Shown: piece by piece, positions 18,669-27,152 of the stretch
Layout: each line of letters opens with the position of its first letter
Numbering within the stretch: position 1 is the first letter of the stretch
Origin: Chitinophaga pinensis
GTDB lineage: Bacteria; Bacteroidota; Bacteroidia; Chitinophagales; CAMDFR01
Length of the DNA stretch: 64,000 nt
Direction: 5' to 3'
Assembly: GCA_945860705.1 (NCBI GenBank)
Contig: CAMART010000001.1
Coordinates: 119,486 to 183,485 of the forward strand
The notes under the pieces: model-generated
The model's input: only the letters and a program-made list of their open reading frames with translations
The model's database searches: none
What the model was told of the DNA's origin: nothing
Made by a program: the position numbers and the translations under genes

Positions 18669-21254
18669 ATGAGTTTTTTATACGAAACAGTAAAGGGTTA
18701 CTTTGGTGAAAGAACAATAAAGCAAACACCAGTTCCCAATTTTATAACCGATAATTTTAAACCTGGATTTGGTCAAAGACCTTATCAAATAGAATCGTTT
18801 CAGCGGTACATTCTTTGCCATACAGAAGATTTTGAAGGCAGACCAAAAAAGCCTTTTCACTTGTTGTATAATATGGCAACAGGAAGCGGAAAGACTTTAG
18901 TAATGGCTGGTTTGATGCTTTACTTGTATGAAAAAGGTTATCGGAACTTTTTGTTTTTCGTAAACTCAAACAATATTATCAAGAAAACGAAGGACAACTT
19001 TTTGAATCCACAGGCTTCAAAATATTTGTTCAATGATAAAATAGTAATTGACGGAAAAGAAGTTTACATAAAGGAAACAGACACCTTTGAAAGTGCTGAT
19101 GATAAAAACATAAATATCAAATTCACAACTATTCAGCAACTTCACATTGACTTAAACAACACCAAAGAGAACAGTGTTACTTATGAAGATTTTAAAGATA
19201 AAAAAATGGTGCTTATTGCTGACGAAGCGCATCATTTAAGTTCTGCGACTCGAAGTAATGGAGATTTATTTGGAAGCTGGGAAGGAACAGTTTTAGAAAT
19301 CCTCAATCAAAATTACGACAATATTCTTTTAGAGTTTACCGCAACATTAGATTACGGAAACTCAGAAATAGTGTCAAAGTACAAAGAGAAAGTTCTGTAT
19401 AGATACGACCTTGCTCAATTCAGAAAAGATAAATATTCTAAAGAAATAAATTTAATCAGGTCAGAATACAACCAAGATAATAGAATTATTCAAGCATTGA
19501 TTTTAAACCTTTATAGACAAGAATTAGCAACTGCAAATGGTATTAATTTAAAGCCTGTAATTCTTTTCAAGGCAAAGCGAACAGTTGCAGAATCACAACA
19601 AAATAAATTGAATTTTCACAAACTCATTGATAAACTTTCAAATCCAACCATTGAAAACATAAGGAGGAATTCTACAATACCAATAATAACTAAGGCATTT
19701 ACATTTTTTGATTCAATTGGATTAAATACTGGCGAAATAACAAGGAGAATTAAGAATCATTTTAAAGAAACAAATTGTTTAAGTGCAAATGAAACAGAAA
19801 CGACCGATAAAAAAAAGAAGGCTGAAGGAGAAAGAAGTGATGAGTTGCTTAACACACTAGAAAATGAAAACAATCCAATTAGAGCAATTTTTGCTGTGCA
19901 AAAATTGAACGAAGGCTGGGACGTTTTGAATTTGTTTGATATAGTTCGTTTGTATGAAGGTCAAAATACAGGTGGAACAAACACAACCGTAGGTGCAACA
20001 ACGCTTTCAGAAGCACAATTAATCGGACGAGGAGCAAGATATTTTCCTTTTGCATTAGAAGAAGGGCAAGACAAATACACAAGAAAGTATGATGACGACC
20101 AAGCCAATGATTTAAAAATACTTGAAGAACTTTATTACCATACAAAAGAGGACAGTCGATATATTTCGGAATTGAAGAAAGCACTTGTAGAATCAGGAAT
20201 TTACGAGGACGAAGATAAATTGGTAACAAAACAACTTACACTGAAATTAGACTTTAAGGAAACTGAATTTTATAAAACGGGGCAAGTTGTATTCAATAAA
20301 AAAGTTGAAAAAAGTTATAACAATGTAAAATCATTTGCTGACTTCGGAGTATCAAAACGAAACCTTGCCTATACTCTATCATCTGGAATTGGAAGAATCA
20401 CAGGTGTTTTCAATACTGAAGAAGAAACAACAACCGTCAAAATTGAAAGTAAAGACATCAAACTTTCAGCTATTCCAAAACACATTGTTCGTTTTGCTTT
20501 AGCACAAAATCCATTCTTTTACTTCGACAGTTTAGAAAGATATTTTCCCAATGTTGGTTCACTATCAAATTTCATTGACAGCACCGATTATTTAGGAAGT
20601 TTAGAAATTACATTTAATGGTTCAAAGACTAGACTTGGTGACATAACAAATAATGACTATTTACTTTCTATTCAAGGACTTTTACAAAATATTGAATCAG
20701 AAATAAAATCAAACTTGACAGAGTTTGAAGGTTCAGGCTACATCAAAGAATATGTTCACAAGGTTTTCAAAGACAAGGAAATCAAAGTTTACAAAGACAG
20801 CGAAAGAGCAGACGGCCAAGAAACACTTGTAGCAAATGAGCCTTGGTATGTTTACAATGCAAACTATGGAACAATTGAGGAAAAGGAATTTGTAAAACTG
20901 TTTCAAAGACGCTTTGAAGGACTTAAAGAAAAGTTCACTAACATTTACTTAATCCGTAACGAAAGAGAAATTAAAATTATAGACAAATTAGGCAGAGCAT
21001 TTGAGCCTGACTTTGTTTTATTCTGTAAACAGAAAAAAGGAAAAGAATTGACTTATCAAGTTTTCATTGAGCCAAAAGGTGCACACCTTATAGCCAACGA
21101 CAAGTGGAAAGAAGAGTTTTTAAAACAAATTAGAGAGGAAGAAAAGACAATCAAAATACACACAGACAATTATGTAATTACTGGAGTGCCTTTCTACAAC
21201 TATGCAAACGAAAACGAATTTAAGAAAACATTGGAGGACACATTAAAAATATAG
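18669..21254 (+). CDS. res: Type III restriction enzyme Res subunit (SF2 helicase plus PD-(D/E)xK nuclease)
   Basis: 861 aa. Walker A 'MATGSGKT', 'LIADEAHHL' (DEAH), helicase C 'QKLNEGWDVLNLFDIV','GRGARYFP'. C-terminal 'EPDFVLF...VFIEPKG' is a nuclease motif. 4-bp gap to mod. Confidence 0.9.
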   Translation: MSFLYETVKGYFGERTIKQTPVPNFITDNFKPGFGQRPYQIESFQRYILCHTEDFEGRPKKPFHLLYNMATGSGKTLVMAGLMLYLYEKGYRNFLFFVNSNNIIKKTKDNFLNPQASKYLFNDKIVIDGKEVYIKETDTFESADDKNINIKFTTIQQLHIDLNNTKENSVTYEDFKDKKMVLIADEAHHLSSATRSNGDLFGSWEGTVLEILNQNYDNILLEFTATLDYGNSEIVSKYKEKVLYRYDLAQFRKDKYSKEINLIRSEYNQDNRIIQALILNLYRQELATANGINLKPVILFKAKRTVAESQQNKLNFHKLIDKLSNPTIENIRRNSTIPIITKAFTFFDSIGLNTGEITRRIKNHFKETNCLSANETETTDKKKKAEGERSDELLNTLENENNPIRAIFAVQKLNEGWDVLNLFDIVRLYEGQNTGGTNTTVGATTLSEAQLIGRGARYFPFALEEGQDKYTRKYDDDQANDLKILEELYYHTKEDSRYISELKKALVESGIYEDEDKLVTKQLTLKLDFKETEFYKTGQVVFNKKVEKSYNNVKSFADFGVSKRNLAYTLSSGIGRITGVFNTEEETTTVKIESKDIKLSAIPKHIVRFALAQNPFFYFDSLERYFPNVGSLSNFIDSTDYLGSLEITFNGSKTRLGDITNNDYLLSIQGLLQNIESEIKSNLTEFEGSGYIKEYVHKVFKDKEIKVYKDSERADGQETLVANEPWYVYNANYGTIEEKEFVKLFQRRFEGLKEKFTNIYLIRNEREIKIIDKLGRAFEPDFVLFCKQKKGKELTYQVFIEPKGAHLIANDKWKEEFLKQIREEEKTIKIHTDNYVITGVPFYNYANENEFKKTLEDTLKI

Positions 21255-21340
21255 CCAACGCTTTTGGTAGCACATTTGCATTTTTTGCCAACGCAAAAGC
21301 CAAACAAAAAAATGCAAAAGAGCTACCAAGCCAACGCACC
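21254..21340 (+). repeat. Right flanking repeat modules A (21254-21294) and B (21316-21340) of the R-M cassette
   Basis: GCCAACGCTTTTGGTAGCACATTTGCATTTTTTGCCAACGC ... AAAAGAGCTACCAAGCCAACGCACC; same orientation as the left copies but in swapped module order. Confidence 0.8.
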
Positions 21341-21524
21341 AAGACACTGCAAACAATGGACAAAAGAGCATCGACAGAAAGAACACCAGCTTGTAACAGC
21401 ACCTACCCAAAAGGCGGGGTTTCGTGTTCCAAAGACAGTTTTGTGGGTAATCAAACATTAGTTTTTCAAATCAAGTTTTGTGGTAAAAGTCCCGCCCTTC
21501 GGGTAGCTGCAAACCGTCCATTCG

Positions 21525-21886
21525 GCGTAGTCTCTGACTACGCTGTGATGATAGTAAGTCTTTGACTTACATTTTAAAGCAAATATAAATCTAAAGATTT
21601 ATTATCGCAGTATCGTAGTCATGAGACTACGACAAATGAAGGCATTGGTATATATTGCTAGTCAGTGAAGACACTGACTAGGGCGAGTATATAAAGCATT
21701 TTGTTTTTGTTTATTATTTGCTAAGAGCAAAAATAATAAAAGTCACTCGGCTGGAGCCGAGCGACAGATTGAGGAGCAATGATGCTTCATGCCTCAGCAT
21801 TTCAATGTATTTGTAAAAAAATATATACAATTTTTATATAGCCCTGATAGAAGCAAGTATCCTGCTCGACGAAGGAGAGCAGATAC
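21525..21886. repeat. Array of about nine short G/C-containing stem-loops (REP-like palindromes)
   Basis: Stem-loops at 21525-21543, 21554-21570, 21587-21600, 21614-21631, 21658-21681, 21711-21739 (bulged), 21742-21765, 21771-21795 and 21857-21886. All were read directly from the sequence. Confidence 0.8.
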
Positions 21887-21942
21887 TGCGCATAGCAGGT
21901 AATAGCTCCAAATTTTATTATTTTACATATATAGTTATAAAA

Positions 21943-21978
21943 AAAACGAGTACTGAATTTTATATCAATACTCGTTTT
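21943..21978 (-). terminator. Rho-independent terminator of glmS (bidirectional-looking)
   Basis: AAAACGAGTA / TACTCGTTTT 10-bp stem, 26 nt downstream of the glmS stop, flanked by an A-run and a T-run. Confidence 0.7.
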
Positions 21979-22003
21979 TATATTTATTATTAATAATTAT
22001 TTT

Positions 22004-23848
22004 TTACTCTACAGTTACACTCTTTGCAAGGTTTCTTGGTTGGTCTACATTTTTGCCCAATCCTACTGCTATATAATACGATAATAGTTGTAATGGAATC
22101 ACTGAAAGTAAAGGACTGAATGACTCTTCTGTATCAGGTATTTCTATAACGTGTTCCGCTAGTGATTTTATAATATCATCTGCTTTAGTTACTATAGCTA
22201 TTACTCTACCTTTTCTTGCTACTACTTCTTGCACATTGCTAATGATTTTTTCATAAGCACTATGGTTGGTAGCTACAACCACTACTGGCATATTTTCATC
22301 TATCAAGGCTATTGGGCCGTGTTTCATTTCAGCTGCAGGATAGCCTTCAGCATGTATATAAGAAATCTCTTTCAATTTCAATGCGCCTTCTAGTGCTACT
22401 GGGAAATTATATCCTCTACCTAGGTATAAGAAATTGTGGGCATTTTTATATATCTCTGCTATCTTTTTTACTTGTTCGTTTGTAGAATCAATGATATGTT
22501 TTACTTTATCAGGAATTGTATCAAGTTCTATGATTAGTTGACGATACTTACTTTCTGTGATTTTTCCTCGCTTATAGGCAACATAAATAGCCATCATAGT
22601 AAGCACTACCACTTGAGCTGTAAATGCTTTTGTAGAAGCAACTCCTATTTCAGGGCCTGCATGTGTATATGATCCAGCATGAGTTTCACGTGGAATAGAA
22701 GAACCTACCACATTGCATATACCTATAATCGTTGCGCCTTTCTCTTTAGCTAATTTTATTGCTGCTAATGAATCTGCAGTTTCACCACTTTGCGAAATAG
22801 CTATCACCACATCATTTTCATTGATCACAGGGTTTCTATATCTAAACTCAGAAGCATACTCTACTTCTACTGGTATACGAGCTAAATCTTCAAAAAGATA
22901 TTCTGCTACCAATCCTGCATGCCAACTAGTACCACATGCAACAATTAGTATTCTATTTGCATTGATGATTTTATGTTCATATTCTTTTAGACCACCTAGT
23001 TTTAAAGTATTGTCTACAGCATTGAGTCTACCTCTCATACTATCTTTGATAGAACGTGGTTGTTCATGTATTTCTTTCAACATAAAATGCTCATAACCTC
23101 CTTTCTCTAGCATTTCAAGTTTAAGTTCTAACTCTTGGATATAAGGAGTTTTTTCTACATTCTGAATAGTTTTTAGCGTAAAGCCTCCATCTCTTTTTAT
23201 CACTACTACTTCTTCTTCACCTATATAAACTACGTTTTTAGTATATTCTACTATGGGAGTAGCATCACTTGCCAAAAAATATTCGTCTGTACCGATTCCC
23301 AATACTAATGGACTTCCTTTTCTAGCTCCATATAATGTATTTGGGTCGTTTCTTTCCATCACTACTATAGCATATGCACCTGTTACTTTATTGAGTGCTT
23401 CAAGTAATGCTTTTTCTAGTGAGCATTTTTCATTGTTTTGTATTTCTTCTATCAAATGCACCAACACTTCTGTATCCGTATCGCTATGAAAAACATGTCC
23501 TCTTTTAGTGAGTTCTTCTTTGATGACTGCGTAGTTTTCTATAATACCATTGTGTATGATAGCAATATTTTTATTGCCAGAATAATGGGGGTGTGCATTT
23601 ACGTCATTAGGTACTCCATGAGTAGCCCATCTTGTATGCCCCATACCTAAAGTGGAGTCTGTAGGTTTACCTTCTATAAAACTTTGTAAATCACTTACTT
23701 TCCCTTTAGTTTTGTATACGGTGATATCTCCCTCTTGCATGAGTGCAATACCAGCACTATCATATCCTCTATATTCTAGTCTTTGTAGTCCTTTTATTAC
23801 TATAGGACAAGCTTGGTTTTTACCTATATATGCTACTATACCGCACAT
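22004..23848 (-). CDS. glmS: Glutamine--fructose-6-phosphate aminotransferase (isomerizing)
   Basis: 614 aa; 'MCGIVAYIG' Ntn-Cys start, two SIS domains, C-terminal 'NLAKSVTVE'. Confidence 0.95.
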   Translation of the reverse strand: MCGIVAYIGKNQACPIVIKGLQRLEYRGYDSAGIALMQEGDITVYKTKGKVSDLQSFIEGKPTDSTLGMGHTRWATHGVPNDVNAHPHYSGNKNIAIIHNGIIENYAVIKEELTKRGHVFHSDTDTEVLVHLIEEIQNNEKCSLEKALLEALNKVTGAYAIVVMERNDPNTLYGARKGSPLVLGIGTDEYFLASDATPIVEYTKNVVYIGEEEVVVIKRDGGFTLKTIQNVEKTPYIQELELKLEMLEKGGYEHFMLKEIHEQPRSIKDSMRGRLNAVDNTLKLGGLKEYEHKIINANRILIVACGTSWHAGLVAEYLFEDLARIPVEVEYASEFRYRNPVINENDVVIAISQSGETADSLAAIKLAKEKGATIIGICNVVGSSIPRETHAGSYTHAGPEIGVASTKAFTAQVVVLTMMAIYVAYKRGKITESKYRQLIIELDTIPDKVKHIIDSTNEQVKKIAEIYKNAHNFLYLGRGYNFPVALEGALKLKEISYIHAEGYPAAEMKHGPIALIDENMPVVVVATNHSAYEKIISNVQEVVARKGRVIAIVTKADDIIKSLAEHVIEIPDTEESFSPLLSVIPLQLLSYYIAVGLGKNVDQPRNLAKSVTVE

Positions 23849-23852
23849 AATT

Positions 23853-25127
23853 TTAATCTATTTTTGTAGTGATTAATCTGAGTTTCATTGGATGCGTTGG
23901 ATGATTTCCTCCTCCTAGCACCATTCTTTCGGATGTAATATTAGCAGGAAAAACGTACAATCGCAAACCATTATTATTAAATTCTTGACTTATTATGCTT
24001 TGTACGTATCTGGTTAGGTTTAATTTGTATACTGGCACTACTACTCCATTAAGTGTGGTAGTATCTCTGATACCACCAAGATTGGTAGTAGGAACAAAAT
24101 CTTGAAGTACTATATCTTTACCGTCATCTCCAATTCTACTGATATATAATCTTTTTGGCAAGTTATAAGTTGAATCTGCACCAATAGGGAATACTAATAG
24201 TTCTGCTTTATTTACGGCTGTAAGTGGAATATTTTCAATATCTTTTATTTTTACAGTAGTTCTATATGCACTCAATCCGTCAATATATGCTTTTTGTGCA
24301 CCTGGCTCAGCAAGTATCGTTTGGCTTGCAATATGTGCTGCACTTCCTGCTTTGTTTCTTACATAATGATTTACTCGTGCACACTGATCATTGATTGGAA
24401 TTTCAAATCTTTTAGTAGTATCACCTACTGCACTGCCTTTATAATAAAATATCAATTTTGAATTACCACCAATCAAACTCAAATTGAGTATGCCGTCACC
24501 TGTAAGAGAATTGTTTACAGTAACATACATACCCTGTAACCAATTTTGAAAATTAGTATTATTAGCAAGGTTTGAAGAACCACTTTGGTTGACTACATCC
24601 TGTCCAAAACTATTATATAAAGGAATTTTTAATATGCTTTTTCCTTTTTCATAATATAGCGTATATCTTCCTATTTCTGGTAGTTGCACACTAAAACTTC
24701 TATCTGTCAAAAAATCTGATGTACCATTGATGCTCTCATTCAATCTATAAAAAATTAAATCTAATGGTTGAGAGAAATTTCCATAATAACTTTTTACATC
24801 CAACTGTATAAAACAAGAGTCAATTAGAATAGGTGCTGTACCAAGATTTACATTGTTTGATAGCAATCTAAAATTGGTATAAAATGAAGCATAGGTACTG
24901 CCAAATCTACTTTCTCTGATATTGCCTAACAAAGATTCTTCTCTGTTTTTTCCAGAATAGATAGTGTCTTTTTCAGTATTACATGTTATTACAAAACTAT
25001 CTCTATAATTTACTCCTATGGAGTCTGATCCGGTAAGAAGTGTATCGTCAAATGCTGGTTCTTTACAGCTACTTAAAACAACAAAGGCACAAAGTGCCCC
25101 TATTATATATTGAGATATTAGTTTCAA
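23853..25127 (-). CDS. Lipoprotein-like hypothetical protein (DUF4270-like by position and size)
   Basis: 424 aa, signal peptide with Cys ('VLSSC'). It sits between glmS and the short glycogen-synthase gene, as I recall for DUF4270 proteins in Bacteroidota. Confidence 0.55.
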   Translation of the reverse strand: MKLISQYIIGALCAFVVLSSCKEPAFDDTLLTGSDSIGVNYRDSFVITCNTEKDTIYSGKNREESLLGNIRESRFGSTYASFYTNFRLLSNNVNLGTAPILIDSCFIQLDVKSYYGNFSQPLDLIFYRLNESINGTSDFLTDRSFSVQLPEIGRYTLYYEKGKSILKIPLYNSFGQDVVNQSGSSNLANNTNFQNWLQGMYVTVNNSLTGDGILNLSLIGGNSKLIFYYKGSAVGDTTKRFEIPINDQCARVNHYVRNKAGSAAHIASQTILAEPGAQKAYIDGLSAYRTTVKIKDIENIPLTAVNKAELLVFPIGADSTYNLPKRLYISRIGDDGKDIVLQDFVPTTNLGGIRDTTTLNGVVVPVYKLNLTRYVQSIISQEFNNNGLRLYVFPANITSERMVLGGGNHPTHPMKLRLITTKID

Positions 25128-25157
25128 TTTTTTGATCTTGATTTCTATTATTAATAA

Positions 25158-25973
25158 TTAATGAGCTAAAAGGCTATCGTAAAATGACTTATATTCATCA
25201 AGAAAATTTTCAGACTCGGTATGTTCTAAAATTGGCTTTTTCAATTTTTTACCTAAATGCTCATGTACTTTTTTATCTATAGACTTACTACCTTTCACTA
25301 GCGCATCTGCATAATCTGCTCCTGAAATATACAAACTACTAATATCAGAATCTTTAAAAGGTTTAAGTTCTTTAGATTCTAAATGTCCGTGTATTGCTGC
25401 TAGCTCAGGCAACTTTGTAGATAGTGGCGTATCAAAAGTATTTTCATATACTGAAAATATCACTTTAGATTTGCTGAAAATTGGCTCATCTTTATAGGCT
25501 GTTTTCAAATAAAATGGAATAAGCGAAGTCATCCATCCATGACAGTGAATGATATCTGGTTGCCATCCAAATTTTTTGACAGTATCTAATACTCCTTTAC
25601 AAAAGAATACCATACGCTCGCCATTATCATCATAAAATTTTTCATTTTCATCAACCAATGCAGTTTTTCTTTTAAAAAACTCATCATTATCTAGAAAATA
25701 AACTTGAAGTCTAGCATTTGGCAATGAAGCTACTTTTATTATCAACGGATAATCTTCATCATCCATAATAATATTTATACCGCTCAATCTTACTACTTCG
25801 TGTAATCTATGTCTTCTTTCATTAATATTTCCAAATTTCGGCATAAGTACTCTTATCTCCATACCATTGTCGTGTAGGTGCTTTGGAAGGGTAGAAGTAA
25901 TACGAGAAATATCTGAAAGATTCAAATAAGGATCCATTTCTTGGGTAACAATCAACACTCGGGTCTTTTCCAT
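25158..25973 (-). CDS. Glycogen/starch synthase-like protein (short, GT5 N-terminal catalytic domain only)
   Basis: 271 aa; 'RVLIVTQEMDPY', 'HCHGWMTSLIP' typical of the starch-synthase catalytic domain. Confidence 0.75.
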   Translation of the reverse strand: MEKTRVLIVTQEMDPYLNLSDISRITSTLPKHLHDNGMEIRVLMPKFGNINERRHRLHEVVRLSGINIIMDDEDYPLIIKVASLPNARLQVYFLDNDEFFKRKTALVDENEKFYDDNGERMVFFCKGVLDTVKKFGWQPDIIHCHGWMTSLIPFYLKTAYKDEPIFSKSKVIFSVYENTFDTPLSTKLPELAAIHGHLESKELKPFKDSDISSLYISGADYADALVKGSKSIDKKVHEHLGKKLKKPILEHTESENFLDEYKSFYDSLLAH

Positions 25974-26088
25974 ATATCAATTTAAGTTTGTAGAAATCTC
26001 TAAAAACGCTTAGAATTGCAAAGATATACAAAAAATATATCATTTTTTATAATAAACTCTTAAATAAATTTAATAAAGGCATTAAAAA

Positions 26089-26931
26089 ATGTTAATCATA
26101 AAAAAAGCAAAAGATTTAAAGTCAAATATAACTTCTCTACGAAAACAAAACAAGAAAATAGGTTTTGTTCCTACTATGGGAGCACTACATCAAGGGCATA
26201 TTTCCTTGATAGATAAAGCTAGTGAAGAAAATGATATAGTAGTATGTAGTATTTTTGTAAATCCTTCTCAATTTAATCAAAAAGAAGATTTTGATAAGTA
26301 TCCTATCACAACTAGTAGCGACATAGATAAACTAATAAAATCTCCTTGTGATATTTTATACTTGCCTAGTTTAGATGAAATTTATCCAGACGGATGGAAT
26401 AGCGAGGCTAAATTAGACTTAGGCAAACTGGCAACTATTTGGGAAGGTGAATTTAGGCCAGGGCATTTTGATGGAGTAGTGCAAGTAGTAGGTATTTTAC
26501 TTGAAATGGTTTTGCCAAATAATTTATATCTAGGACAAAAAGATTTTCAGCAATGCGCAATCATAAAAAAACTTATTAGTATTAATAAATATCCTATTAA
26601 TACAATAATATGCGAAACTAAAAGAGAGGCGAGTGGACTTGCTATGAGCAGTAGAAATGCTAGACTGAAAGATACTGATATTGCTGATGCTTTGATTTTG
26701 TCAAAATCATTATTTTTTATTAAAAATAATTTTGAAAAACTAAATAATGAAGAGCTGATATCTCAAGCAAAATCAATGTATGCAAACAATGACAATATTA
26801 AACTTGAATATCTAGCTATAGTTGATAGAGACAGCTTAGAATCTTTAACTACTGAAAAAAATAATGCGGTAGTATTAGTGGTGGCATGGGTAGGTGGAGT
26901 AAGGCTAATAGATAATGTTTTACTATCCTAA
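26089..26931 (+). CDS. panC: Pantoate--beta-alanine ligase
   Basis: 280 aa; 'GFVPTMGALHQGHISL' (HIGH-type motif), 'RPGHFDGV', 'GLAMSSRN'. Confidence 0.92.
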   Translation: MLIIKKAKDLKSNITSLRKQNKKIGFVPTMGALHQGHISLIDKASEENDIVVCSIFVNPSQFNQKEDFDKYPITTSSDIDKLIKSPCDILYLPSLDEIYPDGWNSEAKLDLGKLATIWEGEFRPGHFDGVVQVVGILLEMVLPNNLYLGQKDFQQCAIIKKLISINKYPINTIICETKREASGLAMSSRNARLKDTDIADALILSKSLFFIKNNFEKLNNEELISQAKSMYANNDNIKLEYLAIVDRDSLESLTTEKNNAVVLVVAWVGGVRLIDNVLLS

Positions 26932-27117
26932 ATTCAGTATTAGAAATACTGAATCGTCAAAGTGTTTGTATTTCAATAAATTAAGATTTATTGAAACAAA
27001 CACTAATACGGGATAAACCCAACTAACTCGCTAGAATTCTCGTTCCGAAGTTTCAGGACTCAAATCCTATCGAGTAATTTGGGTTTATAAAACACTAAAG
27101 TCCCAAAAAGGGACTTT
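26932..27117. repeat. Cluster of four palindromic structures between convergent genes
   Basis: 26932-26954 has a 9-bp stem. 26960-27003 has a roughly 18-bp bulged stem. 27013-27088 is a nested 76-nt structure with a 10-bp outer stem. 27097-27117 has an 8-bp stem. Confidence 0.75.
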
Positions 27118-27152
27118 ATGCTAAACAAATTTATATGAAAAACTAATTACTA

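Noticed and set aside
16698-21340. Idea that the GCCAACGC-containing flanks are integron attC sites and that mod-res is an integron cassette
   Set aside because: I could not find the paired RYYYAAC ... GTTRRRY core sites in the required inverted arrangement. Only a lone GCCCAAC at 16770 fits. There is no intI gene or attI, and a two-gene 4.4-kb cassette would be atypical.
21220-21565. Four overlapping 60-71-aa ORFs in the G/C-richer DNA just after res
   Set aside because: They overlap each other in several frames and on both strands, they run through the flank repeats and hairpins, and their translations show no protein-like motif. They are most likely a by-product of locally higher G/C content.
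16472-21945. Explicit Tn7-like ends (TGT...ACA termini, 5-bp target duplication, inverted TnsB-site arrays) around the islet
   Set aside because: A TGTGATATAG at 16472 and an ...TTTTACA at 21921-21927 can be picked out. However, the flanking 5-mers differ, only one weak inverted match to the 22-bp-phased repeats exists, and there are no tns genes. The evidence is insufficient to call a transposon, so the glmS hot-spot idea is kept only as a hypothesis.
23849-23880. glmS ribozyme upstream of glmS
   Set aside because: Only 4 bp separate the glmS start (23848) from the stop of the upstream gene (23853), so there is no room for a 5' UTR ribozyme. That ribozyme is also characteristic of Gram-positive lineages.
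27013-27088. A 76-nt nested palindrome as a possible tRNA or tRNA-like gene
   Set aside because: The outer stem is 10 bp and not followed by a discriminator/CCA context. The candidate T-arm has a 6-nt loop lacking the TTCRA motif. No consistent D or anticodon arms form on either strand.
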